The notes under the pieces: generated by a model
Database searches by the model: none
The model's input: only the letters and a program-made list of their open reading frames with translations
What the model was told of the DNA's origin: nothing
Part shown: piece by piece, positions 1 to 11,320 of the stretch
Position numbering within the stretch: position 1 is the first letter of the stretch
Layout: every line of letters begins with the position of its first letter
Made by a program: the position numbers and the translations under genes
Assembly: GCA_010405405.1 (NCBI GenBank)
Contig: MU004237.1
Coordinates: 1,189,345-1,253,344, forward strand
From: Microthyrium microscopicum
Taxonomy: Eukaryota
Length of the DNA: 64,000 bases
Reading direction: 5' to 3'

Positions 1-578
1 AAAAGTATCAAAATGGCTGATGAAGAGTGTTAGACTGATTGACTTCAATTCAATGTAGTCGGAATGGTCAAAAACTTTGAGAGAAGGAGCGATGCAGGAT
101 ATTAGAGATGGAGATGAGAAAAAAGGCAGGCGCGATGGATGCCAGGATGATGGGGTCTGGTGGCGACGCGCTTCGCGACAAACGGATCGCGGTGTCAGGT
201 GTCAAGTGCAAAGCCACTTACTGCCTGATTTGGGTGCACTAGCAGGGGTTCCACTCCTGCTGGCTGCCAATGTCTCTCATACTGAAGCTGTCTAACAAAA
301 TACTTTAATTGTCAAAGAATACACTGATGCAGTCTGAATACTTGCAGTTAATAGCTTACACAGTATATTGTATTCAGCAGTGGTGATAGTATTATCGTCG
401 TTGATAATCATAGTCGAATGAATCGTTGCCCAGACAACTTGAAATCTAAACATTGTTCCATATCTGTACTAGCGCCTTATCGGACTTGTCAGGCACGGTC
501 TAGGTTTGTGATGATCAACGCAACGGCTTCAGTGCTTGCTGAGCCTCAACTTCCACCATGATGTCCAAACTACCCACA

Positions 579-608
579 ACGCGTTTTCCATTCGCCCAAC
601 ATACGCGT
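579..608. promoter_or_regulatory. Two MCB (ACGCGT) elements upstream of the Cdc11/Nud1-like gene
   Basis: ACGCGT at 579-584 and 603-608, about 170-200 bp before the ATG. Confidence 0.55.
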
Positions 609-775
609 ATTACTACGGCAGCAATTCCACGGTTCTAACTCTTACTTTATGCTATACCCTACTTTACCAGAGACCTAGCTTCTCTTCACCCTCAATCTCA
701 CTTCTCGACTTTCCCATAACATAAACAAACCCCTCTCGCGCTCCAAGCGCAAAGCTTCCACCCCATATCATCACC

Positions 776-3700
776 ATGAATCAATGGCTAGACGACCTCT
801 CTGAGGACTGGCCTTCTCAACCCCCCTCTCTCGCCGCTTCACAATCTTCACGCCAGCTAGGATCTTCAACAAGCAGAATACCACGCTCCATACGAGGCTC
901 GGGAGCACAGTTACACACGGGCAAGAGTTTGCGTCGCAGTACCAATGGGTCAATCAATGTTTCTCAGCGACGCACATCGGCTCTATCCGAACGCACAAGT
1001 AGTCGGGAAAACATAATACCGGCTACTGACACGGCCCCACGATTAAGCAAGCCTAAAAAGCTTTCAAGTTTTAGAAGATCATTGTCTGCTGAGTCGGCGC
1101 AATCTGCGGCCATGTACGAGACGGTTGAAAAGAAGGCCTTCACACCATCGCCAAAGAAGGTGCAGAACACAGACGAGACACCCGAGTGGCGAAGAAGATT
1201 ACTCATGGGAGAGCGTGGTTTAGATCAAACTGATTTATTTGCGCCATCCAAAATCGAGTCACTATTTCAAAAGCCCCCACCGGTCGAGGATAAACAACAA
1301 CGAACCCGCGGTTTATCCTTCCTAAAAGGACTGGAAACAATACCATCTAGTCCACCATGGCAGCCAACTGGCATGCTTTCGTTCGCGTCGATGGATCAAG
1401 TGGCTGAAGAGGAAGATGAAGAGGTGGGAACTTTGGATCCAGTTCAAGAGAGCGATGAGTTATCAAGAGCGTCCAGTCGGCAAGCAGGCTCAGTTATCAT
1501 AAATCACAACACTGGGGTGGAACAACAAGCGGAAGACGATGATGTGTTCACCGATGGTGCGTCCTCCTTAGGATCCATGGTAAAACCCATGCGACGTGGA
1601 AAACATAGCGCTGCATATTCCAATACCCTATCCAAGCGATCAAGGCAGTCTAGTGCGCAATCAGCCAACTCGAATTACGACTCGTTCAGCGCTGTTTTCA
1701 TTGGCAAGCATCAAACAGCTGATGGTGGTGTTACATATGCGCCGATAGACATGTCAACAAACGAACTGGCAGAACGATTAGCACATATGGGTATGAGCAA
1801 CACATCAGAACAAGTCCAGCGCAAAGTATCAATACGGAGCAGTCGACCGCTTTCGGAATCTCCTGTAAAGTCTGATGATCTCCCGGATGATCTCCCAGCA
1901 GGAACTCCAGATATGATCAGTATTGGCGAGTTCGTTACCACTAAACGTGGTGGCTTTGCGGATGATAGCTCTTTTATGCATCGACCGCTTAGTCCTTCGC
2001 CAACCAAAGCGGATGAGTCTGGGCTTAGACCGGAAGATATAGATGAAGAAGACGAAGATTCGTATGGCGATTTTTCCATGGCTCAACAAAACCCCTTTCT
2101 CCAGTCCCGGGAGACTACCAACCCATCCAATGCTACCACAACAGTACGGCGGGAGGCTTCTAGAGGTGCTTCGCGGTCGGCATCGTTGACTGAAAAGGTA
2201 CGAGATACTCCATACGAGACATCTCATCGTGTAGTGTCGACCACTAGTCAATTTGGTCAGGGGGAATTGGATGACCACGAATTCCCGGAAGATTCTTTTG
2301 TTGAGGATGGAGGTCTTAATGATTTACCAAGTCGCTCACCCTCCCCCGATGTCATGCCACCAGGTGCACAGCAACAATTCAAATTTCGAGAGGAATCATA
2401 CTCCAATCCTAACATGGAAACGATTGATACCTTCCGCGGAAAACGGAAATTATCCAAGATTTCAGCGCGTAGTACGATATCTGTAAACAAACGAGGGTCT
2501 GTCAAGCGAGGATTGAAGCGTGATACTTTGGCCGTACCAGAACCAGAAGTCGAGCAGAATTTTGCTGAAGGAAAACGACCACCGCCATCACCTTTCAAGA
2601 ACCCTACACCAAAACGTCGGCGAACTCTACAACAGCGAGAGTTGACACCAGAGCCTCCTCGAGAAACTTCCCTGGCTCTTCAGCAATCTCATGAGCGTAT
2701 GCAGTCTGCGATCGGAAAACGTAAAGATGCTCGAACCGGCAGCTTCATGCTGCGCGCTCCACCAAACATCCTTGCCGATCGTAAGATTCTTCGACCGCGG
2801 AACCCGACTCCAAGCCAGCGACGTGATGACTTGGTGGAAATTGAGATTGAAGAAGCGACTGAACTCTCGATCCACAGCTCGCCAAAACTACAGTCCATTC
2901 AGAAGCATTTGAACCAACCTTTGTCCCCCAATGCCTCTTCAGATGTTATTCAGACCCATCTCGTTGCCAGTGAAGTTGCTGCTTTTAGTGAAAGAATAGC
3001 TCATGGCATGCACGATGATAGTCGAAAGCGGTCAGTCACAACCCAGGATTTTCTGGACGAAGCTTTGAAGATCATGAGTTTCATTCGCAACAAAGGACGA
3101 CCAAATAGCGGGTTGGACAATCTTGCAGAATCTCATCTTGAAAACGAGGAAGAAGTGGCGCAGTTTCAGCAACAGATGGAACATTCGGGCTTCTCAGATA
3201 TTCCTTCTGGTCTTAGCATTTCAAGACCACCATCGCGGGAAGACGGAAAGGGTGGTTGGCGGACACGTCAAGTACAAGAGCGTCGACCTTCACTCATCAA
3301 GCATCTTCAAAAGTTCCAGGAGAGCGAAGATGATAGCTTCATGGGAAATTCAGTTGGATCCAAGTTCGGTCAACAAGTACAACGAGTTGCATCCCGCATC
3401 GAGGCCATAGAGAGTGATCCACCCGGAATCGAGATCATCCAGGCACATACCCGGACCGATTCGGCCACTACTGGTGAAGCTCGCGGATCCTCTCGCTCGC
3501 ATGATACCGCAGGATCTCGGCATAGTTCGCAGACTTCCGTCGATAGCACTTTGGCTCGTACCACCGGTTCCAGAAAATCGGAGACAGTAGCGCAGATCGC
3601 ACCAGAAGCTGTTGCACATTTGATTCCCGAGCAGGTGGCGGGCATGAGCTTTGATCCTGAAAAGGGTATCTGGGCAAAAGTCAAAAGTCCACGAAAGGAG

Positions 3701-6109
3701 TCGCATAGCACGCAGCCAGCCGAGGAGGAAGAGGAGCCAGTTCCGGAGTTCAGCGATATTCCCACAAGCGAAGACGATCCATTCGCAGAGATTGACGATT
3801 TGACATATGATGAGGAAGAAGAGCAACGTCGACTCAGTCGGCCCACTGACGTTGATGCCATTGACCATAGCACGTTGAATGAGCAGATACTTCACCGCCA
3901 TAGGGAACGGGACGCCATATCGTTGCGATCGAAGTTGCTTCGAAGAAGTCAGACTGCTCCGGAGTCGGTGTCTCAGCTGGATTCCACATTCAACTCACCC
4001 GTTCAGTCACCTGCTCCACTCAAAGAATTCCATCCACAAAAGCAGAATCAAGGTGATGGAGAAGTCAAGAAACCCGGTACATCCAATAGTGTGGAATCTG
4101 TCGAACACGAGATCAAGATCAACGAAGGTCGAGACCATCATGAGAAAGTCAAGAAGACTCGAAAGATCACGCTATCTATTCCAGTCTCAATGGCATCATC
4201 GACAAATATCAATAATGCCAAAGTGGACATGAAAGACTTTGCAGATCTACCATCTACGCCTGATAAATCCGAGTCGCAACTTGATCGAGAATATGAACAG
4301 CCATCACACTCAGTGCCTCGCATGACTGTGACTGCACCATCCACATCCACTTTCCAATCTTCGCCTCTGCCTCCATTGGAAGAGGACCACGAACTCTCGT
4401 TCCTTAGTACTGGTCCCTCGCGCCGGCATGTCAACTTCTCTGTGTCACTTTCACGTGTTCAACCATCGAAAACAAACAAGGCCATCATACAGTCTAGTCC
4501 TTCTCATGATGTGACGTTTTATATGAGCGAATTGAGCGATTTCACTGTTCATCAAACCGACGAACGACAGGTTCGTACTCGGCCTGCTCCAAAACACAAG
4601 GTGGACCATCAGCTCGAAGATCGCTTTTCTTGGGGCAACCATCTCCTTGTAAAAGCGCTTCAGGATAATGAGCCAGAAGAGCCGTATTGGGAAGATCTGA
4701 GAACCGTTGATCTCAGTGGAAAAGAGCTAATGTCTTTGCATTTACTTGACGAGCTTTGCGATCATCTTGAGAAGGCTGATCTCAGTAACAATCGCCTAGA
4801 ACAACTCAGCGGAGCGCCATCGTCTCTACGATGCCTAGACGTTCATCAGAACCTGCTCAGCGGTTTGACTTGGTGGGGACATTTGACAAATTTGCAATAT
4901 CTCGACGTTTCAAACAACAACATCGACAGCCTTGCTGGTTTCAACTGTCTGATACATTTGCGGGAACTCAAGGCCGACAACAATAAAATTACTAGCCTTG
5001 ATGGACTGCATAGCCTTGATGGTTTACTGAAAGTCAGCCTTCGAAGCAACAACATCTGCGGTACTGTTGATTTCGATGGCTCTGGTCTTCAGCGTCTAGA
5101 GTGCCTTGATCTTGGCCAAAACCAGATCAGCTCAATGACGAATCTGCATTGGCTAGAAGCACTGCGCGAGCTCACACTCGACGCAAACCAGATGACTACA
5201 TATTCATCGACACATACACGACAGTGTAATAGACTAGAATATCTCGATCTGTCCTCAAACGCTCTCATCTCTATCACCGCTGGATCCTTCCTCCCGGCCT
5301 TGAAAAGCCTTAACCTCGACCACAACGCCCTCAGCGGCACTGCCATCGGTCTAGACCAAATCCATCATCTCGACCTACTCTCCCTCCGCTCCCAAACCCT
5401 CTCCAAACCCCTCTCCCTCCCTCTTTACATGCCAGATATAACCTCCCTCAACCTCTCCCTGAACGCTCTGGACCCGGAGCTCCTCACCTCCTCTACAATC
5501 ATCCACGGGCTCCAAACCCTCGAATTAGCGTCCTGTGGCCTAACCTCCCTGCCACCAACGTTCGGTCTCAGCGCCCCAAATTTACGCGCCATCAACCTCA
5601 ACTTCAACGCTCTCAAAGACCTCCGCCCTCTCCTCAACATCAAACGCCTATCCATCCTATCCCTCGCCAGCAACCGCCTCTCACGCCTCCGCAAAACCAT
5701 GGCCGTCCTGTCAAAACTATCCCATCTCGACGCCATAGACATGCGCGCCAATCCCTTCACAATCGGCTTCCACGAACCCCTGGAATCATTGCTAGCGAAC
5801 ACGCCCCTATTACCACCAGCCAGCCCTCAACACACCAAAGAACACTCCTCCGTGGAGCTGATCCAGCCACTAGCAGGCGCACCGTTAACACTACCATGGA
5901 CAGCAGCCCGCGGCACAGAACGCGCATGGGTAGCCCATCTCGACGCAGATACACGCCTACGACGCCGCGTCTATGGGATCTTGCTGGCGCGTAGTTGTAG
6001 CAAGCTGAGATATCTGGATGGCTGTGTATTTGAGCGGAAGGAAGCCTTGGTGCGGGATGAGGTTTGGGAACGATTAGTTGCGCTTGGAGTATTGCGACGA
6101 AAGGAGTGA
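776..6109 (+). CDS. cdc11: Septation/mitotic-exit network scaffold, Cdc11/Nud1-like leucine-rich-repeat protein (1777 aa, single exon)
   Basis: Long ORF starting with WLDDLSEDW, followed by a long S/P-rich disordered region with RKRSVTTQDFLDEA and AGMSFDPEKGIW motifs. C-terminal LRR array (LDVSNNNIDSL, LKADNNKITSLDGL, LSLASNRL) ends in an LRR cap (LRYLDG). Architecture matches the Cdc11/Nud1 family. Confidence 0.85.
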   Translation: MNQWLDDLSEDWPSQPPSLAASQSSRQLGSSTSRIPRSIRGSGAQLHTGKSLRRSTNGSINVSQRRTSALSERTSSRENIIPATDTAPRLSKPKKLSSFRRSLSAESAQSAAMYETVEKKAFTPSPKKVQNTDETPEWRRRLLMGERGLDQTDLFAPSKIESLFQKPPPVEDKQQRTRGLSFLKGLETIPSSPPWQPTGMLSFASMDQVAEEEDEEVGTLDPVQESDELSRASSRQAGSVIINHNTGVEQQAEDDDVFTDGASSLGSMVKPMRRGKHSAAYSNTLSKRSRQSSAQSANSNYDSFSAVFIGKHQTADGGVTYAPIDMSTNELAERLAHMGMSNTSEQVQRKVSIRSSRPLSESPVKSDDLPDDLPAGTPDMISIGEFVTTKRGGFADDSSFMHRPLSPSPTKADESGLRPEDIDEEDEDSYGDFSMAQQNPFLQSRETTNPSNATTTVRREASRGASRSASLTEKVRDTPYETSHRVVSTTSQFGQGELDDHEFPEDSFVEDGGLNDLPSRSPSPDVMPPGAQQQFKFREESYSNPNMETIDTFRGKRKLSKISARSTISVNKRGSVKRGLKRDTLAVPEPEVEQNFAEGKRPPPSPFKNPTPKRRRTLQQRELTPEPPRETSLALQQSHERMQSAIGKRKDARTGSFMLRAPPNILADRKILRPRNPTPSQRRDDLVEIEIEEATELSIHSSPKLQSIQKHLNQPLSPNASSDVIQTHLVASEVAAFSERIAHGMHDDSRKRSVTTQDFLDEALKIMSFIRNKGRPNSGLDNLAESHLENEEEVAQFQQQMEHSGFSDIPSGLSISRPPSREDGKGGWRTRQVQERRPSLIKHLQKFQESEDDSFMGNSVGSKFGQQVQRVASRIEAIESDPPGIEIIQAHTRTDSATTGEARGSSRSHDTAGSRHSSQTSVDSTLARTTGSRKSETVAQIAPEAVAHLIPEQVAGMSFDPEKGIWAKVKSPRKESHSTQPAEEEEEPVPEFSDIPTSEDDPFAEIDDLTYDEEEEQRRLSRPTDVDAIDHSTLNEQILHRHRERDAISLRSKLLRRSQTAPESVSQLDSTFNSPVQSPAPLKEFHPQKQNQGDGEVKKPGTSNSVESVEHEIKINEGRDHHEKVKKTRKITLSIPVSMASSTNINNAKVDMKDFADLPSTPDKSESQLDREYEQPSHSVPRMTVTAPSTSTFQSSPLPPLEEDHELSFLSTGPSRRHVNFSVSLSRVQPSKTNKAIIQSSPSHDVTFYMSELSDFTVHQTDERQVRTRPAPKHKVDHQLEDRFSWGNHLLVKALQDNEPEEPYWEDLRTVDLSGKELMSLHLLDELCDHLEKADLSNNRLEQLSGAPSSLRCLDVHQNLLSGLTWWGHLTNLQYLDVSNNNIDSLAGFNCLIHLRELKADNNKITSLDGLHSLDGLLKVSLRSNNICGTVDFDGSGLQRLECLDLGQNQISSMTNLHWLEALRELTLDANQMTTYSSTHTRQCNRLEYLDLSSNALISITAGSFLPALKSLNLDHNALSGTAIGLDQIHHLDLLSLRSQTLSKPLSLPLYMPDITSLNLSLNALDPELLTSSTIIHGLQTLELASCGLTSLPPTFGLSAPNLRAINLNFNALKDLRPLLNIKRLSILSLASNRLSRLRKTMAVLSKLSHLDAIDMRANPFTIGFHEPLESLLANTPLLPPASPQHTKEHSSVELIQPLAGAPLTLPWTAARGTERAWVAHLDADTRLRRRVYGILLARSCSKLRYLDGCVFERKEALVRDEVWERLVALGVLRRKE

Positions 6110-7115
6110 TGGTTGAGAGGGGAAGAGGAGGAAAGTGAAGAGCTGATTGATATTTATCATTTCTAAATATTGTTTTAACTTAGTTGCATTACTTGAAGGC
6201 TTCAAAGGGAATGAAGCATGTATTATATGAGGTTACGCGAAAGGACGCGCTATGGATTGGTAATGAGCATTGGTATGGTGGTTCATGTTGGGCGTTTTTG
6301 TATTGGGCTGTCTGGCATTGGAAGCCAGACTTGTTATTATTTGCAATGAAAGTGCTTCCTCTCATAATCTTTCCCCATCTCTTGAATATGTGGCAATGCT
6401 GTGAAAACTAGTTGATGTCGCCTTGCGACTCGAGCTGAATGAGTGTATGTCCGTCCATAGGTCAATAAATGGAACTCATGGCAATCAATGGCCAAAAAGT
6501 CACGATGTCAAGATATGGAAGCATTTCAAAATATAAGCAGTGATATTCCTACATGCAAGCATTATGATACATTAGCATTCATACCAGTCCTTGTCCTCCA
6601 ATGTCTCCCAGGTTGAAAAATGCTCTCGTAGTATTCTGATACATGATTTTTAGTGATGCTTTAAGTTCCGTCTTTAGCCCAAAGCAATTATTGACCACGC
6701 CCCCACCGCCGATGTGTAATTCTAGAGTGCTAAGTCCTACTGATAAAAGACTCCATGAAATCAATGAGCCCGCCGTGATGATAAATGAGGAAAGGCCAAT
6801 GAGACAAGTCCGAAGGGCCGATGCTGACAGAAATAGTAGATAAGTCCAGGCTTCCGAGCACAAGGTAAGCGAGGATAGTTGATACTGGATAGTTGTGGTG
6901 GAAAAGGATAGGCCGGACTCGAAAGAAAGATTTTCCAAGAGCAATGGCAACGAAGGATAAAAGTCGTAATAAAACCAGAATAGATAGAGCTGCCAGAAAA
7001 GATGCCGTTCGTTGAAAGTGTATTCGTCGCTGAATGTATGCTGATCAAGTGTGCATGCGTAGAATGGTTCAACAAGACCAGTAGCAAGAGGAAGAAAGCA
7101 TGAAGATGGTTTTCA

Positions 7116-10047
7116 TCAGGTCTTGCTGCGAGATGGACCACCAACTGGACCGAATTGGCGAGGACCTCTAGCATTGTACGTATCGTCATCCCGGTCTCGA
7201 CGACTGAAGCGGCGACCAAGACCCTCGCGCCAACGGCGGCCAACGCCCTGAGAAGAATTAGAGCCATCCATGCCCGAAGGACTGCCGTCAACTGAGCGTT
7301 CATGGCTATTGGTAGGACGGAAATGACGAGTGATGTGCTCAAGACGTTTGCCTGGAGACGAACGTTTGGGAGAATCCGGAGACTTTGACGACAACACTGG
7401 ACTTCCAGCAGTTGCAGCGACCCCGCTGATATGGGGTGCACTTCGGATTGGAGGCAGAGAAACGGTTGGAACATTCACAGGCTCTGATTGATTGAAAGCG
7501 CTGTTAGCAAATAAGTTTGAGTGGTAGTCGCGTTGCCAACCTGAATGTTGATCGGACGGCTGGGAGCCATTGTTGCCAGTTGAGGTGGAGTGACGACTGG
7601 AGTTAATTCTGTCAATTATCGCCATATTTTCCATTCGTCGAGCCTCTTCATCAGGCATTTGGTCAAAAGGCTTTGAAAACTCGCCAGAGGAGTTTGAAAG
7701 ATAGGCCATGCGTTCGAGCATATTGATATCCGAACGAGTTTGAGCAGGCATGTGTTGAGCTGGAGGCGTGAGTCCGCGATTACCGGCATATCCTGCCAAG
7801 CCTGAGCTAGGTGGTCCTTGCCTTGCGAGTTGATGGAGTTGTTTGGATGAAGCCTGGAACTGGCCCATTGGACCAGATCGTGCAAGCGGGCCATCACCGG
7901 GAAATCGTGGGACATGAGAAGATCGAGCTGTATTCTACAAGAGCTCGGATCGATCATTTTCCATGAGTGGAAACGACCCAAGTGGCTGCTGGGCTTCCAT
8001 TGCGAAAACCGGGATTGGATTTGGATGTGGCTCGATGGTCTCCGCAGAGCTGGCGTCACTCTGTGCACTACCTCGAAGGGCTTTGTTCAAGCCATCACAA
8101 TAGCCTTGTAGCCAATCTTCGTTCTTGGTCATATTGGAAGGTCGTTTGGATAAGCCAACGAGATAGCCTAGTGTGTACTGGTTGGATTTGCCATCCAAAG
8201 TATGTAACATGGCATCGCTTAGCAGGAAAGATTCTGTGAAGCCTCCCTTGGCGCCATCATCTCCTTTGGGAATCTGAGAAAAGTCAGCACCGATTCGTGT
8301 AAAGAAAGTTTTCGAGATTGGCGAAGAAAAGAATTCACAAAGGTCAGGCTTACCACATCGTTGGGGGAATTGAGCACCTGTTTCTTGGCTGTGCCTTCAT
8401 ACTTGGTCAACGAGTGCTGCTCCGGAGCCACCGGGAAGAAATCAGTCGTTGTCACGCTTGAGCGCGACTTACACTCATCGTCCTTAGCTTCCTGTGTGGT
8501 TGACGTCTTTTGTTCACCAGAAGATTCCTTGCCTGGAGTACGCAGCTCCATTGGCTGATAAGCTGGAGATCTTGGATTCAGACGTGTCGAAGTGGAAGTC
8601 TTGAGCTCGTTCTCCAGTGGGTCCCGAATTGGAACAGCATGCGTACGTTGGTCACGCTGTTGGGTGGGCACATTCTCAACAGGATAGCGATTGAAAGAAG
8701 GAGCCATTGGAACCGGAATGGCTGAAGGGATGGGTGCTGAGACTGGCGTGACTTGAAGTGGACGCTCAGGTGGTGTTCCATGCTCAGCAATATGCTGAGA
8801 TATGTACTCATCGCGTTTTGACGTCAGCTTTTCCAAAGTCTTGCGAAGTGTATCGAGTAAAAGTATGACCTCGCATTTGGAACGAACAAGTGCCTGTTTT
8901 CGTTCAGGATCATGGCCTTCACGAACCTCTCTCTGCTCCAAAGACTTCTTCACTGCTTCGAAACGAAGCTTTGTTTCAGTGACTCGATTGATCTCGTCAT
9001 TAACGTCAACACGCAAAGGATTCTCCTGTTCATCGGATTGGGGTTCCAAGCGTCCAAGGTTGCTGTCGTCAGCAGCGTTCCCGAGACGAGCGTATGTTTC
9101 GTACAGTGCGGAGTGATTCGCAACAGGTACATCCGGAAGCTTTTCTGTGGCCCAACCGCTGTCATAACCATTGAGATGAAGACCACGAATCATGTCCAAG
9201 TGAGCAGTGTAGATTGGATGGTTGCTAGGATGCATCGAGGCAGCGTTTGGATGCAGAAGATGATTCCCAAAACCGTTCGGACGAAGCATGGGGAAGTTGC
9301 CTTCGTCTATCGGATAATGAGGGAAAAGAGGCATCTGAGGGTAGCGAGGATGTCGTCTCGCCTGGAGGAATGAGTTTTCCAACTCGGCTCTGGAGAGAGG
9401 CTGGCGATCGGGAAACCAATGATCACCGTATAGAACGCGATCAGCCTCTGCCTCGATGTCAGGAACGGCCTGTAGGTTGAGTTTGACATCGGTAGGAACA
9501 ATTCGGCCACCAGCAGTGACACGAACTCCAGGAGGGGAGCCATGCTCCTTTAGAAGCTTTTCAGCCTTGTCTCGCTTGAGAGAAGGTGATGGAGATGGTT
9601 TCTTCTTGTCAGCAACGGCTGGAACCGTAAGAGGGGAAGGTGATTGTTTGTTGTCAGAGTTGACAGTTGAACTGTTGTCTAAACCGTTTGCAAGGCCGTT
9701 GTCTACACCGTTTGCAATGCTGTTGCCAGAGACATGCCCTAAACTGTTGCTGGAGGCCTTGGCTGAGGTGCTGGTAGATGGACTAGATTTCATCTTGTAT
9801 GGGGCAAGGGAAGAAGGAACTCTATGGAGAGAGGTGGAGGGTCGTAAAACGTGTTCTCATCATACATTTAGCCACTTCAACCAGCTGCAAAGAACGGCTG
9901 TTACATACCTTTGATGGATTCCTCTGAAGGGAAACGATCCAAGGACACCGTTGGCTCCGGTCCCGACTCTCGTAGAGCTAGCAGTTCCTCCACTTTGTAT
10001 GCAGTGCGAAAATTACCGCCCTTCGGACGAGCAATAGGATCTTGCAT
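7116..10047 (-). CDS. Unknown low-complexity/coiled-coil fungal protein with an internal in-frame UAG at 7937-7935 (659 aa to the UAG; 932 aa if read through)
   Basis: Inferred exons 10047-9909, 9855-8354 and 8273-7116 (donors GTATGT and GTAAGC) join the ORF-track pieces in frame (YKVEELLALR...EHVLRP...LKEHGSPPGVRVTAGGRIVP...TTTDFFP...GYCDGL). ORFs 7935..8210 and 7116..7868 share one frame and are separated only by a TAG. Start codon uncertain. Confidence 0.7.
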
Positions 10048-11320
10048 CTTCTGATTGATGAACGTATTGAATGGACTGCGTCGTGGCGAAGCAATGGGTT
10101 GATTGGCAATGAAATGAAAGGCGAGTAGACGATCTGCGTAAACAGTGAGCTCAAGCTCCTGACAGAGATACATAAAGATGACAGACTTTGTTGATATGGA
10201 CAAATGTTTCAAAGAAGAGCCGGTGGTTCAAACTGAATTCTATTCTCGTTAGTGATGATCTTCGTGAATCGCCAGCATTGTCTATGGATCAGTCCCAAGC
10301 AATGTTGGAGTTCTGTAAACATACCTGCATATGCAAAAAACGGCAGCACAGTGCTGAGAAATCAATGACCGTACAAGCGGACGTGGGACACAAAAGAAGG
10401 CAAAGAATCGGTGAAGCGATGAACAAAGACAATGAGTGGATTGGGAAGAAGATTGACGATGAGTTGAAGAAGAGTAATCGAGATGATCGGAGGAGGAGAG
10501 AAGTCATCTAAACACTTGTGAGCTTTGGAAGCTATATGCGGCTTCTCCTGCGTCTCATTTTGTGATACACCTGCCAGGTACTGCTCTGCCGTTACGCTTG
10601 AAACTGATGAGATGAGGGACAGCTGCTATCTGGAAGTTCATCTATGAAACGACGTGGAAAGATGAGCAGGTGAAGACAAGTCGTGGATCATCTCGAATAA
10701 GGATCAATGGAGACAAAGTAGAGAACCCAAATTTGATGGCCAGAGATTCCCACTCTTTATGGTGAGACTTGGCAACAGCCATCCTCATTCTCTCGCGCAT
10801 TTTGCACTCCACGGCAAGACCTACATCTCTCCTTCCACGCTCTTTGGAACCCTCTGGAAGTTGTTGGCCCAGCATACCGCTGCTGCGACATCCAATCGCT
10901 AATTGAACATCAATCTTGCCTTGACAGCGTAATTTATATACAATGGATAACGAGCAGGAAACAAGAGTACAACGAGTAATGCCAATGACAATTGGATAGA
11001 GTCCTTCTTGCAATCTTACCAACTTGCTCTTTCAGGGGCTCGGATAAACAGCGATTGACGCGGCCCGAACTTCGGCTCACCACTAGGCTGAGCGCAAGGC
11101 TGTTGTCAGCAGCCGGAGCAACAATGCAGGTTCTACCCAATGTATTAGGTCTGACAGCTCGGTGGTGTCGAATCATCTTTGCAGAATGAATCTGCTGAAA
11201 AACACGCACACAGTCCGAAACATTGCACACAAAGATAAAGGTAGAGCAAAACAACAGCAAATGGGTATCTTGTTCGAAATAACTCACTAACAAGGTCACT
11301 ACCTTCCTATTTTGCCCTCT

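Noticed and set aside
7935..8009. A 75-nt intron removing the internal TAG
   Set aside because: Requires a poor donor (GTTTTC) and lacks a CTRAY branch point, unlike the other introns here; not fully excluded without RNA data.
10934..11320. Open frame of 128 codons after the MRE11 TAG
   Set aside because: Translation looks like random UTR sequence (Cys/Phe/Leu-rich), Mre11 already appears complete, and no hairpin was noticed.
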